DNA of 64,000 bases from Ignavibacteriota bacterium. Lineage in GTDB: Bacteria; Bacteroidota; Ignavibacteria; Ignavibacteriales; Melioribacteraceae. A program made the translations under genes and the position numbers. Below are positions 12,770 to 23,999 of the stretch, one piece after another. The notes beneath the pieces were generated by a model, which made no database searches, was not told the origin of the DNA, and saw only the letters and a program-made list of their open reading frames with translations. Where the stretch lies: assembly GCA_016713565.1 (NCBI GenBank), contig JADJOX010000002.1:2845-66844 (forward strand), given 5' to 3'. The stretch's first letter is position 1, and each line of letters opens with the position of its first letter.

Positions 12770-13647
12770 AAATACTTCTAGCCGGTCAGAACGGAATAAT
12801 TGGTTCCTACCTATTCAACGAATTAAAGAGTCATTATCATTTGTTTGGTATTGGGAAAGGGGCACATATTTCCAATAATTATTGTGATTTAGATTTAACA
12901 GATATAAAGAGAGTTGAAAATTTTATAAATCAGCAAATTCATTTTGATGTATTGATATTTTTAGTTGGTTTAGCACATGACAAGGGCAGAAATCAAGATT
13001 ATCCGGTGTTTGAAAAAATCAATTTTATAACATTGATTAACCTTCTTGAATCTATGAAGAAGTTAGATAAAGTTCCTGCAAAAATAATCTTTTCAAGTAC
13101 AATTTCGGTTTACGGCGAAAAAATGGATCGAGATTTTTACTGTGAGGAAGATATTTTAAATCCAAATTCCCCATATGCAAAAACAAAAATACTAGCTGAA
13201 AATTATTTAAATAAAACATTTAGTAACAAAAGCTGGATATTGCGTTTTGCACCAGTATATTCAGAAAAATTTAAATTAAATATTACCCGCAGAACAACAA
13301 TTAAAGGTAAAAATTACAAAGTTGGGAAAGGTGAAAACAAACTATCTTTGTTGAATATTAAAAATATATATTATGCTGTAAATCAAATACTAGAAGGCAA
13401 ACTGCCAAGCGGAACATATAATATTGCTGATCAGAAAATTTATACTTTTAATGATTTACTGAATTATACAAATATCAAAACTCAAATTACTATTCCAAAG
13501 ATAATACCTAAAACTGCTTACACTTTAGGTAAATTATTAAATAATATTTTTTTACAAGAAAACAGTATAAAACTGCTTACTGATAATATTTATTCTACTA
13601 CAAAATTAGAAAAATATATAAAATTACCTTATTCACTTTCCGACTGA
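12766..13647 (+). CDS. NAD-dependent sugar epimerase/dehydratase (short-chain dehydrogenase fold)
   Basis: Intact 293-aa ORF with MKILLAGQNGIIGSYL (glycine-rich NAD motif), SSTISVYG and SPYAKTKILAE (YxxxK). Confidence 0.7.
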   Translation: MKILLAGQNGIIGSYLFNELKSHYHLFGIGKGAHISNNYCDLDLTDIKRVENFINQQIHFDVLIFLVGLAHDKGRNQDYPVFEKINFITLINLLESMKKLDKVPAKIIFSSTISVYGEKMDRDFYCEEDILNPNSPYAKTKILAENYLNKTFSNKSWILRFAPVYSEKFKLNITRRTTIKGKNYKVGKGENKLSLLNIKNIYYAVNQILEGKLPSGTYNIADQKIYTFNDLLNYTNIKTQITIPKIIPKTAYTLGKLLNNIFLQENSIKLLTDNIYSTTKLEKYIKLPYSLSD

Positions 13648-13653
13648 TAAAGT

Positions 13654-14202
13654 ATGCAGCGCATTATTGCATTATTGCTTTTACTTCTTTTATCTCCTTT
13701 ATTTTTAATTATTACTCTTGCAATAGTTGTTGAGGATGGTTTTCCATATTTGTTTACTCAAAAAAGAGTGGGAATTAATTACACTTTTTTTACTATGTAT
13801 AAATTTCGCACAATGAAAAAAAACACGCCAAATGTGGCGACACATCTTCTTAAAAATCCTGAGAAGTATCTACTTAAATTCGGTCACCTGTTAAGAAAAT
13901 TAAGTCTGGATGAATTGCCAAATTTATTAAATATAATTAGAGGCGATATGGCTTTTGTCGGCCCTCGACCAGCACTCTATAATCAAGATGACTTAATGCA
14001 ATTGAGGATAATTGCAGGTGTTGATAAATTATTGCCGGGTTTAACAGGATGGGCGCAAATAAATGGTAGGGATGAACTTTCTTTACCTGATAAGGTTGCG
14101 TTAGAAAAAGAATATTTAAGCAAAAAATCTTTCGGATTTGATCTAAAGATAATATTTTTGACATTTATCAGCGCCTTGTTTGGAAAAGGTGTAACTCATT
14201 AG
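13654..14202 (+). CDS. Small monotopic phosphoglycosyl transferase (bacterial sugar transferase, PglC/WbaP C-terminal-domain type); initiating enzyme
   Basis: Intact 182-aa ORF with an N-terminal re-entrant helix, then FTQKRVG, YKFRTM, LDELPNLLNIIRGDMAFVGPRP and GWAQINGR. Confidence 0.9.
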   Translation: MQRIIALLLLLLLSPLFLIITLAIVVEDGFPYLFTQKRVGINYTFFTMYKFRTMKKNTPNVATHLLKNPEKYLLKFGHLLRKLSLDELPNLLNIIRGDMAFVGPRPALYNQDDLMQLRIIAGVDKLLPGLTGWAQINGRDELSLPDKVALEKEYLSKKSFGFDLKIIFLTFISALFGKGVTH

Positions 14203-14432
14203 TAAAACAGAATTCAAACCTTTTGTTTGTTTCCAAAATTATAGATGATGTTCACGAAAATCTTCAGGCCTGCAAGAAAGTTATCAAAGATTGTAAGTTT
14301 TTGGAACAGCAATAAAAGTTTCAAAAAAATTTATTTTAACTTTGTTATATGCATCATGTTAATATCTAATTATCAATCATCACTGAACTTGATTTGAGTT
14401 CTAAATGCTTTTCATAAATACATAAATAAAAA

Positions 14433-16331
14433 ATGAAAATTAAGTCAATAAATATTATTAGGCTTTTAGCTTTTTATAAAAATTTTCTAAACTTCAGGAA
14501 AATATCAAGTTTAAATTTTGATATACCAAATCATTTTATCAATTCCGCTTTTTCACGTTTCCACTTCTTTACCTTTTCACATTTCAACTTTTTCTTTTTC
14601 ATATTTCATATTTCACTTTTCACAGTAACTTTCTCCCAAGTAAACTATGAGCCGGCAACAAGCAGTGTTTATTCATTTCTTGAAAGAATGAGCGCTAAGG
14701 GAATAATTCAGACAAACGAAGAGATAATGCCTTACAGCAGAATGGAAATAGCCGGCAAGCTGCAGAGAATTTTTCAATATTCAAAAATGGGCATTTCAGT
14801 TTCACAAAACCTAAATGAAAAACAAAATGATAAGTCATTAAATACTAATTCAGTTGCTGATAATGACTCAAAAAATAAATCGCAAATAAGAGATAATTCA
14901 GTTAAGATTAGCGGAATGGAAGAAAATGAATTTATATTTTACATTAGAGAATATGCCGTTGAATTAGATAAACTTGGATTTGATTTAACTGATTATGAAG
15001 TAAAGCATAAATTGATTGATTTGAAAAATGATAATTTTGGATTTGATAAATACAACAGATTTAGAATTTTAAGTTACAGCAATGATAGTTTCGGATTATT
15101 CATCGATCCTATTCTTGGGTATTCATATAATTCATTCCGGAACGGAAGTTTATGGAGTTATTCAAACGGATTAAGGTTGTATGGGAATTTTGGAAATAAT
15201 TTTGGCTTTGAGCTTCAGTTTTGTGATAATCATCCAAGAGGAGACAATTTAGATCGTTATCGCAAATTTACATCATTGACCGGTTATGAATTCAAAGTCG
15301 GTCAAACTAACGGTTTTGATTTTGATAGAATGAATGCCAATATAAATTATTCTTGGAGTTGGGGAAGCTTAACTCTCGGTAAAGATTTTAACTATTACGG
15401 CAGCGGTGAAAACGGTAAATTGATTTTATCCGATAAAGCGCCGTCTTTTCCATTCATTAAATTTGAGGCTCAACATTCCGATTGGTTTAGATTTTCTTAC
15501 ATTCATGGATATTTAAATTCGCAAATTATTGATTCATCCGATATAAGGATTGGTACTTCAAGAGATCATTATCCAAAAATTGAAAAATATTTTGTGACTC
15601 ATATGTTTTCATTTACACCGCTGAGTAGTTTAAATATTTCACTTGGGGAATCTGTTATTTACAGTGACAGATTTGAGCCTATTTATTTAATTCCCGTAGC
15701 ATTTTTCAGGCTCGCGGATCATTATTTAACTGATCCCGATGAAAGCGCGGGAAACGCGCAATTATTTGCTTCAATTTGGTATAAAAATTTTACATTAAAA
15801 ACTAAATTTTATGGTTCTATATTTATTGATGAATTATCTGCCGGTAATTCTGATTATCCGCAGGCAGTTGCTTATAATTTAGGAATAAAATCTATTGATC
15901 CAATAATTCCGGAAAGTGAATTAATTTTAGAATATTCGAGGATAAATCCATTTGTATATTTTCACGTTGATAAAGCGCAGACTTACGCAAATTACGGTTA
16001 TGAAATGGGACATTGGATTGGAAGCAACGCAGATCAAATTTATTTGTCTTTTAAGAAAAGAATTATACGCGGGCTAAACTTCAATTTGTATTATTCCGTT
16101 GTTAGAAAAGGTTCAGAGGAAAGTTTTGACGAATTAAGATATCAGGATTATCAAACGTTTTTATGGGGCGAGAAAAATCAAGTTGTTGAATATGGCTGTA
16201 ATCTAAGTTATGAAATATTGCATAACTTCAATTTAAAATTTGATTATAAGAATATTGACGAAAAATTAAATAAAAAATTATTGTTATATGAAGGAAATTT
16301 AATTGCTTTTTCGATAGGGTATGGATTATAG
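14433..16331 (+). CDS. Outer-membrane beta-barrel-like protein, possibly capsule-assembly Wzi family; paralog of 18639-20509
   Basis: Intact 632-aa ORF. It has a hydrophobic signal-like segment ending TVTFSQ and a C-terminal aromatic-rich end (...FSIGYGL). Blocks such as WGSLTLGKDFNYYGSGENGKLILSDKAPSFPFIKF and DWFRFSYIHGYLNS are shared with the downstream paralog. The Wzi assignment comes from context and general resemblance only. Confidence 0.5.
   Translation: MKIKSINIIRLLAFYKNFLNFRKISSLNFDIPNHFINSAFSRFHFFTFSHFNFFFFIFHISLFTVTFSQVNYEPATSSVYSFLERMSAKGIIQTNEEIMPYSRMEIAGKLQRIFQYSKMGISVSQNLNEKQNDKSLNTNSVADNDSKNKSQIRDNSVKISGMEENEFIFYIREYAVELDKLGFDLTDYEVKHKLIDLKNDNFGFDKYNRFRILSYSNDSFGLFIDPILGYSYNSFRNGSLWSYSNGLRLYGNFGNNFGFELQFCDNHPRGDNLDRYRKFTSLTGYEFKVGQTNGFDFDRMNANINYSWSWGSLTLGKDFNYYGSGENGKLILSDKAPSFPFIKFEAQHSDWFRFSYIHGYLNSQIIDSSDIRIGTSRDHYPKIEKYFVTHMFSFTPLSSLNISLGESVIYSDRFEPIYLIPVAFFRLADHYLTDPDESAGNAQLFASIWYKNFTLKTKFYGSIFIDELSAGNSDYPQAVAYNLGIKSIDPIIPESELILEYSRINPFVYFHVDKAQTYANYGYEMGHWIGSNADQIYLSFKKRIIRGLNFNLYYSVVRKGSEESFDELRYQDYQTFLWGEKNQVVEYGCNLSYEILHNFNLKFDYKNIDEKLNKKLLLYEGNLIAFSIGYGL
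14548..14633 (+). repeat. Imperfect tandem array (about 10 units) of a 7-8 nt TTTCAC-like unit inside the 5' end of the Wzi-like ORF
   Basis: Direct reading: ttttcac g tttccac ttctttac cttttcac atttcaac ... tttttcat atttcat atttcac ttttcac. It is translated as FSRFHFFTFSHFNFFFFIFHISLF. Confidence 0.8.
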
Positions 16332-16618
16332 AAGATTGATTATCCAAAACATAGTGATTAGAAATGAGTACAAAGAAATTTAAAATGAAGAGTTATAAAA
16401 TTATTATTGGTAAATGAAACCCATGATTTTAAAAAAAAATATTAAAAATATTGGACAACTGGCGAATGTGGTCAAGTAAAGAGAATCAAAGGAAAGTATA
16501 ATAAAATAAGTTAAATAAGAACCTAAGAATTTCGAAAATAGTATTGATTTTTGCCGTATTAATAATTTATTTTGTATATAATATTTCTATATTAAAAAGT
16601 TAAAAATTAAAACCAAAA

Positions 16619-18531
16619 ATGCCATATAAAAACATAGCTCGTTTTACAAAACGTTTAAGAAACAGACATTTTTTCTTTATAGATTTATTTATTTGTCTAA
16701 TTGCGCCGTATTTAACAGTTTTTATGCGATTGGACGGTAATATAGATTATTCCAAATACGGAAGCGCTATTCTTTTTGCTACAGTATTATTCTCCGTGTT
16801 AAAATTAACAATATTTTATTTTTTCGATCTATATAGAAGATTCTGGGCAACTGCCAGTATTGATGAACTTGCCAGACTTATTTATATTGGGGTTAATACG
16901 GTTTTAATCGAATCGATTTTGTTTGTTATTTTAAGAACATTTCATTCAATACCGCTTCATATTTTACCGTTTTCATTTCCGTTTATTGAAAGTACAATCG
17001 TAATCTTATTTGTTTCCTCGTCCAGATTCAGTATAAGGTTTTTTGAAAGAATAGACGAGAGAAAACTTGCAATGGAATCATACGGTACGTACGTTTTGAT
17101 TATAGGCGCGGGCGGAGGCGGAGCATCGGTAGCTCAAGAAATGCAGAAAAACAATTATTTAAATATGACTCCTGTCGCATTTCTCGATGATGATCCTTCT
17201 AAACTTAAGTTAAGAATACGAGGCGTTCCGGTTGCAGGTAAAATAGATGAAATGGGCAAAATTGCGCGTAAATTTAGGATTAAAAAGGTTATTATAGCTA
17301 TTCCTTCGGCTTCCGGAAAACAATTAAGAAGAATTTTAGATATTGCAAGCGAAAATAATTTAGAGACATTAACCGTTCCCGGAATTAATGAAATTCTAGG
17401 AGGAAAGGTCGACATTAGTAAATTAAGAAAAATTCAAATTCATGATCTTCTGAGAAGACTGCCTATAAAAACGGATATTCAAAAAGTGGAACATCTGCTA
17501 AATGATAAAGTAATTTTATTAACCGGTGCGGGCGGTTCAATTGGAAGTGAATTGTGCAGGCAAATACTTAAATGTCATCCTAAAGAGTTAGTGATTTTAG
17601 GGCATGGCGAAAATTCTATTTTTGAAATTGAAGAAGAACTTAAATTTTTGATAAATCAAAATAAAAGTAAAACGAAAATAATTAGTCGAATTGCCGATAT
17701 TAAAGATGTAAATCGTCTTGAAGTAATTTTTAGAGAGTTTAAACCAAATGTTATTTTTCATGCAGCAGCGCATAAACATGTTCCGCTTATGGAAGAAAAT
17801 CCATCAGAAGCTGTTTCAAATAATTTACTCGGCACAAAAATTTAGTTAATATGTCAATTAAATTTGAAACACAGAATTTTATTTTAATTTCTTCCGACAA
17901 AGCGGTTAATTCCACAAATTTAATGGGTGTATCAAAGCGAGTAGCCGAAATGATTGTGCTTAAAGCGGCTGTTGACCATAATAAAAACTTTAAGGCTGTT
18001 CGTTTTGGCAATGTTTTAGGCAGCAGAGGAAGTGTAATTAAAACTTTTCAAAAACAGCTTGAAAGAGGTGGACCTTTAACTATCACGCATCCCGAAATTA
18101 CTAGATATTTTATGACGATACCGGAAGCGGTTCAGTTAGTGCTGCAGGCATCGGTTTTAGGTAATGGAGGAGAAATTTTTGTGCTAGATATGGGAGAACC
18201 TGTTAAAATATTGGATTTAGCAAAAGATGTAATTAGATTAGCCGGATTGGAAGAAGGTGTAGATGTTGATATTGAATTCACCGGATTAAGGCCAGGCGAA
18301 AAAATGTTCGAAGAATTATTTAAAGACGGTGAAGAATATATTAGGACGGAGCATGAAAAAATTATGTTTGCTAAAAATTCTAGCGAATTTATCCCTTCTG
18401 ATCTTGAGGCAAGACTTGACACTCTAATTTCTAATTGTAATAATTATTCTTCAGAAGAAATAATTAAATCCTTTTCCGAACTTGTGCCGGAATTTTCACA
18501 TCAAAGTTTAATTGCTGAACGAGTACTATAA
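16619..18531 (+). pseudogene. Membrane-anchored polysaccharide biosynthesis protein CapD / PglF / WbpM-type UDP-sugar 4,6-dehydratase, one frameshift near 17840
   Basis: N-terminal TM segments, two Rossmann motifs (IIGAGGGGASVA and LLTGAGGSIGSEL), then HAAAHKHVPLME. After an A5-run frame break it continues SSDKAVNSTNLMGVSKRVAE and RFGNVLGSRGSVI. Confidence 0.85.
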
Positions 18532-18638
18532 ACTAAAATTTTACAAAATTTATTTTATCTTTATATTTTAATATTTAATAACTGAATTATACTAATTATT
18601 AAATCAATTAAAAATTATCACAATTAAAACGGGAAATA

Positions 18639-20509
18639 ATGAGAAATCTAAAACTTCTTTTTAACATAATTGCATTTGTATTTTTCTCTACATACGTTAC
18701 CGCACAAGTATCCAGCATTAACTTAGATAGCAAAATATATCCGTACTTGTCTAAGCTTGCTCAGAAGGGTATTATCAAATATGATGATTTGGTAAAACCA
18801 ATTTCGCGAAAATATGCGGCGGAAAAATTGATTGAAGCTCGTTATAATGTTAATAAACTCACATCGCTTCAGAAAGATGAGCTGGAGTTTTATGAGTCTG
18901 AATTCGGTTATGAAATTAATCAAATTAAAATTCGTTTATCTAAAGCTAATGGACTTGTTTCTTCAAATAATATAAATTCAATTGACGATAAAAAGTCCAT
19001 CGATTCAACCGCTGAAAATATGCAAAGAAAGGGATTTGCTGGATAAGAGCTGGGAATTTGAAGTTAGAACTCGTGATGGAAATATTTAAGAAAGTAATTT
19101 CAGTAAAGGTAATTTGACATTTTTTTCGAAAGATGATTATAATAGATTTAGAGCTTTAAGTTATGAAAATAATTTAATGAAATTGAATGTTAGTCCGCTT
19201 CTAGGTTACGAAAAGGTGAGTGGGAAAAAACAACTTATAATAATTTGTTCGCCGGTATAAAATTTAATGGTGAATTTGGTAATTTTTGGGATTCAATTTT
19301 GAGTTAAAACATACTAGACAAACTCCCGGACACATAAATAAATTTTATAACTACTTTTCAAATAAACCCGCAATTGATTTATTATTCGCAGATAACGTAA
19401 GATTGGAATATCCAACTGTAAATGCTGATTTAGGTATAAGTTGGGCTTGGGGTTCATTTGCTTTTGGTAAAAATTCTTTAAACTGGGGTTACGGCGAAAA
19501 CGGTAAAATTGTTTTGTCAAATAGAGCACCTTCGTTTCCTTATATTAAATTAAATATAAAACCAACTGATTGGTTTAGGTTTGATTATATTCATGCTTGG
19601 CTTAATTCGAATGTAATTGATTCAAATTCATTTTACGCTAGCTGGCGCTATAGAGAAAATCAAAATACTGATAGGTTTAGCTTTAAATCGAAATTTATCG
19701 CGCTACATTCAGCTACTTTTTTACCATTGGAAAATTTGGAAGTATCATTAGGTGAATCCGTTGTTTATGCCGATAATCTGCAAGTAATTTATTTAATTCC
19801 ATTTATGTTTTTTGATTTGGGTGATGAATATTTAATGAGAAATAATAATTATGCGGGATCGAGCACTCAGTTGTTTTTGTCCGCGAGTTCAAGAAACCAT
19901 ATTCCACATACTCATTTGTATTCAAATTTTCATGCCGATGAATTAACTCCAGATGGACTTTTTGACCCAAAGACTCAATATTATAAAATGGCTTTTACAT
20001 TCGGGGCAAATGTAGTTGATTTACCGTTTACTAACCTTGGAACCACAATTGAATATACCAAAGTTTATCCTGGAGAATACAGACATTTTATTCCAACACT
20101 TACTTATGAAAGCTCATCGATTTTACTTGGTCATTGGATAGGTGATAATGCAGATATGATTTATTTTGCTTTGGATTATATATTTATAAGAGGATTGAAA
20201 GCAAAGGTGTGGACACAATATATAAGAAAAGGAACAGAAGCAATTGGAAACAGAGCTTATAAAGTAACAATTCCGCAACCTCATTTTCTTTTTACTGATA
20301 ATATTATTGATAGGAAAAACTATAGATATTATGGAATTGAAATTGAATATGAAATAACTCATGAATTATTTGTTAAAACACATTTTCAGTATTTGGATTT
20401 TCAGCAACGGATACAATATGGAAAATATAAATCAATTTTATATCGTGATTTTTCTTTTCTTTTTTTGGTTATGGAATTTAATGGATTCAAAAAGAGACAA
20501 TTGAATTAA
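18639..20509 (+). pseudogene. Second Wzi-like outer-membrane protein (paralog of 14433-16331), frameshifted
   Basis: Signal peptide MRNLKLLFNIIAFVFFSTYVTAQ. WGSFAFGKNSLNWGYGENGKIVLSNRAPSFPYIKL and DWFRFDYIHAWLNS match about half the residues of the paralog block aligned by eye. Frames break between 19046 and 19286. A T-run shift near 20465 would restore a paralog-like ...FGYGI end (stop 20479-20481). Confidence 0.5.
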
Positions 20510-20627
20510 AATAAAACAGATTTACACAATTTTATACATCTTTTTTATAAAAAATTATTATCTTTTCAAGTACATTATTCCAAAATATTAAAATAATTTA
20601 ACTCTAACTTATTATAGAAGTGATATT

Positions 20628-21071
20628 ATGATAAAAGTAATTATAAAGTGTTTTGTCTTATCTTTATTTTTTTATAACATTAATTTTGCCCAAGGAGATT
20701 ATGAGTTAGGTACGCAATGGTCAGAACGAGCAAAACGGAATATTTATGGCGGTTTCTATGATTATTCTGATCCTGAAGCTTTAAATATTAGTGTTTCAGT
20801 TTGGGGTTTTGTTAAATATCCAGGAAGATATATGGTTCCTGATTATACAAAAATGATTGACTTATTATCTTTTGTGGGCGGACCAACAGACGATTCAAAC
20901 TTGGATGAGTTGAGAATTTACAGAATTGAAAATAATAAAGAAGTAATGATTCCATTTGATTATAATGATTTAATGTGGAAAGATGAATTAGATGGAAAAT
21001 ATAAAAAAGTACCTACGCTAAAACCAAGTGATATATTGGTTGTACCAGGTGAACCAAGGCTGTATTTTTAG
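20628..21071 (+). CDS. Polysaccharide export protein with SLBB-type domain (Wza-related periplasmic component); may extend about 70 nt further through a frame break into a C-terminal TM helix
   Basis: Signal peptide, then ISVSVWGFVKYPGRYMVPDYTKMIDLLSFVGGPTDDSNLDELRIYR (soluble-ligand-binding beta-grasp pattern). The next frame reads DWFSIGLSLFSALISLTILVL. Confidence 0.55.
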   Translation: MIKVIIKCFVLSLFFYNINFAQGDYELGTQWSERAKRNIYGGFYDYSDPEALNISVSVWGFVKYPGRYMVPDYTKMIDLLSFVGGPTDDSNLDELRIYRIENNKEVMIPFDYNDLMWKDELDGKYKKVPTLKPSDILVVPGEPRLYF

Positions 21072-21162
21072 ACTGGTTCAGCATTGGGTTGTCATTGTTT
21101 TCTGCTCTAATTTCTTTAACCATTTTAGTACTTACGATACAAAAAATTAAAACAGAGACAAC

Positions 21163-23468
21163 TTGGGGTTGCAATATAATAATTCCGGTAATAATGATAC
21201 AAATCACTTAAAAGATTTATTTCCGGATGAAGAAACACACAAGTTAAAAGATTATGTCAACATAATCAGAAACCATCTTGTTAGTGTTATGATTATTTCA
21301 CTTACTATCTTAGTATTGTCTATTATTTATGCCGCAACCGCAACAGATATTTATAAAGCAAATACTGTTTTGAAAATTTCCGAGCCAAAAGGAAGTATTC
21401 TTGATGCTTCTTCTTTTCTACCGGAGTTTGGAGGAGAAATCAAGCTGATAGATTCATAGCAAATGAAATTGAAACTATAAAAAATATAACTATAACGGAA
21501 CAAGTCGCAACCGAAATTATGGACTCTTTTATTACTTCCAAAAACAATGAAATGTTTTCTTTGGTAGTTGATAAAAATTATTTCAGTGATAAGAAAAAAG
21601 GTTTAAAATCATATGATAATATTTTAAAGGTTCTTGAAGATAAAGTTTCGGTAGAACAGAAAAGAGGTTTGGATTTTATTGAAATCTCAGTTGAATCTCC
21701 TTCACCATATGAAGCCTCACTCATAGCTAACACATATACAAAAGTTTATAGAGAATTTAACTTATTGGATAATAGGAAACAGGTATCAAAAGTTAAAGAA
21801 TTTTTATTTAGTCAGAGAAATGAAAAGTTAGAGCAATTAATTCAATCTGAAGATAATTTAACAAATTATCAAAGGAAAGGCGGAGTTGTAGAACTAGGGG
21901 AACAAGCAAAGGCTCTTATTGAAACTATTACAGATCTTGAAACAAAGGTAAACTCATCGCAGGTTGAACTTTCAATCGCAAAAGAAAACTTAAATCAATA
22001 CAAAGATGAGCTAAAGAAAAAGGATCCTACTATTTCCGAATACTTGGAAAATAAAACCGCTGAGCCATATTTAGCAAGATTGCAAGAGCAAATAGCGGAA
22101 GTAGAAACTCAAAAAGATATTGCGATGGCAAATTCATCCAAAAATGCTGGCTCAAACAAAGAATTAATAAAACAGTACGATGATAAGTTGGCAGATTTAA
22201 AAAAGAAGTTGAAAGAAAGCATGCAGGAATATAAAGCAACAATTCTTGCCGCGAGCCCTGAAGAAATAAAATCACTGACTCAAAAAATATTTGAAGAACA
22301 AATTAAATTCCAGGCTCATGAAGCCTCATATAATAAATTAAAAGGTTTCCTTAACGGTTATGAAAAAGATTTGAATCACTTCCAGAAAAGACAATCGGTC
22401 TTGCCAGATACCAAAGAGAACAAATGGCAAACGAAAAATTATATCTTTTATTGGAGGAAAAGTACCAGGAAGCTTTAATTAATAGACAGTCTACTACAGG
22501 ATCTGTTTTAGTATTAAATTTTGCAAGAACTCCGAAAGAGCCTTCTAAACCAAATCGAAAATTAATAGTTCTTATAGGCTTGGTTTTAGGTTTGGGACTT
22601 GCGGTAGGATATGCACTCATTCTTAATTATTTTGATAGAAGAATAAAAACCCTGAGGATATTGAGGACAGAAATATAAATTTAATTGGCTGGGTTCCTAG
22701 AGTAAAAACAATAAGTGGAAACAAATAAAAAAGGAAAAGAATTTATAATTTCGGATAATGCGGATTCTGTTGCCAGTGAAGCTTTTAAGGCTATTAGAAC
22801 GAGAATTCGGTATTCTATGATAGATGGAGAAGCAAAGTCAATAGTACTTCATCGGCCCTGGTGAAGGAAAATCGACAATTGCGGTAAATTTAGCAGGTAG
22901 TTTTGCGTTAGCTAATAAAAGAACAGTAATTTTAGACTGTGATTTAAGAAAACCCAGAGTCCACAGTATCTTTAATGAAAAGCGTTTTCCCGGATTTACT
23001 GATTATTTTATTGGACGCGCTTCATTTGAAGAGATTGAAAGAAAAACAATAGTTGAAAATCTTTCAATGATTACAGCTGGAACAATTCACTCCCAATCCC
23101 TCTGAAATCTTAGATTCTCGTGGAATGAAATCTTTTATGAAAAACTTTCAAATGAATTTGATATTATAATTGTGGATTCACCTCCAATTCTTACCGTTAC
23201 AGATGCTGAAATCCTTTCAAAACTAGTTGATGAAACAATTTTGGTCGTATCGGCAAATAGCACCGATTCCGATTTAATGACTAAAGCAGTATCTCTGTTA
23301 AAATCTGGGCAAGAAAGTTCGTTTATTGGAGCGCTTCTTAATAATTTTGAACTGCAGAACAGTTACGGATCATATTATAAATATGCTTATATTTATGCTA
23401 GAAACGGTCAAAATCAGAATGGAAAATCAAAAGTTAAATCTAAGTCAGAACTTGAAAAACCCAAATAG
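21163..23468 (+). pseudogene. Wzc/GumC-type chain-length determinant fused to a BY tyrosine autokinase, frameshifted at least 4 times
   Basis: N-terminal TM plus Wzz-like region, then a long coiled-coil (21519-22478) and a second TM (LIVLIGLVLGLGLAVGYALIL). Next come Walker A SAPGEGKST, A' ILDCDLRKP and B IIIVDSPP, and a C-terminal Tyr cluster NSYGSYYKYAYIYA. The pieces lie in all three frames. Confidence 0.85.
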
Positions 23469-23490
23469 TGAAAAGATTTTTTAGAAAAAG

Positions 23491-23511
23491 GTGATTTGAA
23501 ATCACTTTTTT
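23491..23511. terminator. Short hairpin plus T6 between convergent genes (A-rich on the other side, possibly bidirectional)
   Basis: agaaaaag-GTGATttgaaATCAC-tttttt, read directly, 23 nt after the kinase stop codon. Confidence 0.5.
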
Positions 23512-23546
23512 GTTTTAAATGTATAGGTTGTATTATATAAAAATTT

Positions 23547-23735
23547 TTATGCTAATAAAGTAAATGATACTAAAATTAGTACAATATAAAGTGAGCCCAA
23601 TCCAATAAGCTTTAATTTTCTTTTCTTTATCTCATCTTTGATGTGTTGTTCCTCTTCAAATAAAGTGTTGCTTATATAATCATTGTTACTATCGTTAATT
23701 AAAATTCTTGAATAAGATAATTTTGTTCTGTCCAA
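23547..23735 (-). CDS. Small single-pass membrane protein (hypothetical), TTG start
   Basis: 62-aa ORF with a C-terminal TM (LIGLGSLYIVLILVSFTLLA). GAGGAGAG lies upstream of the TTG. Confidence 0.4.
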   Translation of the reverse strand: MDRTKLSYSRILINDSNNDYISNTLFEEEQHIKDEIKKRKLKLIGLGSLYIVLILVSFTLLA

Positions 23736-23753
23736 AATGAATCTCTCCTCTAA

Positions 23754-23882
23754 TTAAGATTTATCATCAGTTAGCATTTTTAGCAATTTTTCATTGTTCC
23801 GTGGAAACCTTTTATATGCAAAATTCACCAAAAGAAATAATACTAATAGTATTGTAAAGAATGTTAAATTAAAATTTTCCAT
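23754..23882 (-). CDS. Possible 42-aa membrane peptide (not in the ORF track because it is under 60 aa)
   Basis: My own translation: MENFNLTFFTILLVLFLLVNFAYKRFPRNNEKLLKMLTDDKS. It sits directly upstream of the 62-aa ORF on the same strand. Confidence 0.25.
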   Translation of the reverse strand: MENFNLTFFTILLVLFLLVNFAYKRFPRNNEKLLKMLTDDKS

Positions 23883-23966
23883 TTTGTATCCTTGAATGTC
23901 AACAAATTATCGAGTCTTTTTCAACTTTAGTTTAGAATAAATATCAAAATAATGAATTAAAATTAC

Positions 23967-23999
23967 AAAAAAAATAACTTATTGCAAATAAATAAGTTA
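23967..23999 (-). terminator. AT-rich hairpin followed by T8 on the minus strand, downstream of gene 24153-25135
   Basis: Plus strand: aaaaaaaa-TAACTTATT-gcaaata-AATAAGTTA. On the minus strand this is a 9-bp stem followed by U8. The stem contains only one G:C pair, so it is weak. Confidence 0.35.

Noticed and set aside
17155-18422. Minus-strand ORFs 17155-17415, 17597-17779, 17787-18011 and 18132-18422.
   Set aside because: They are antisense shadows of the CapD/PglF-type dehydratase gene, with Ser/Pro/Ile-rich low-complexity translations and no motifs.
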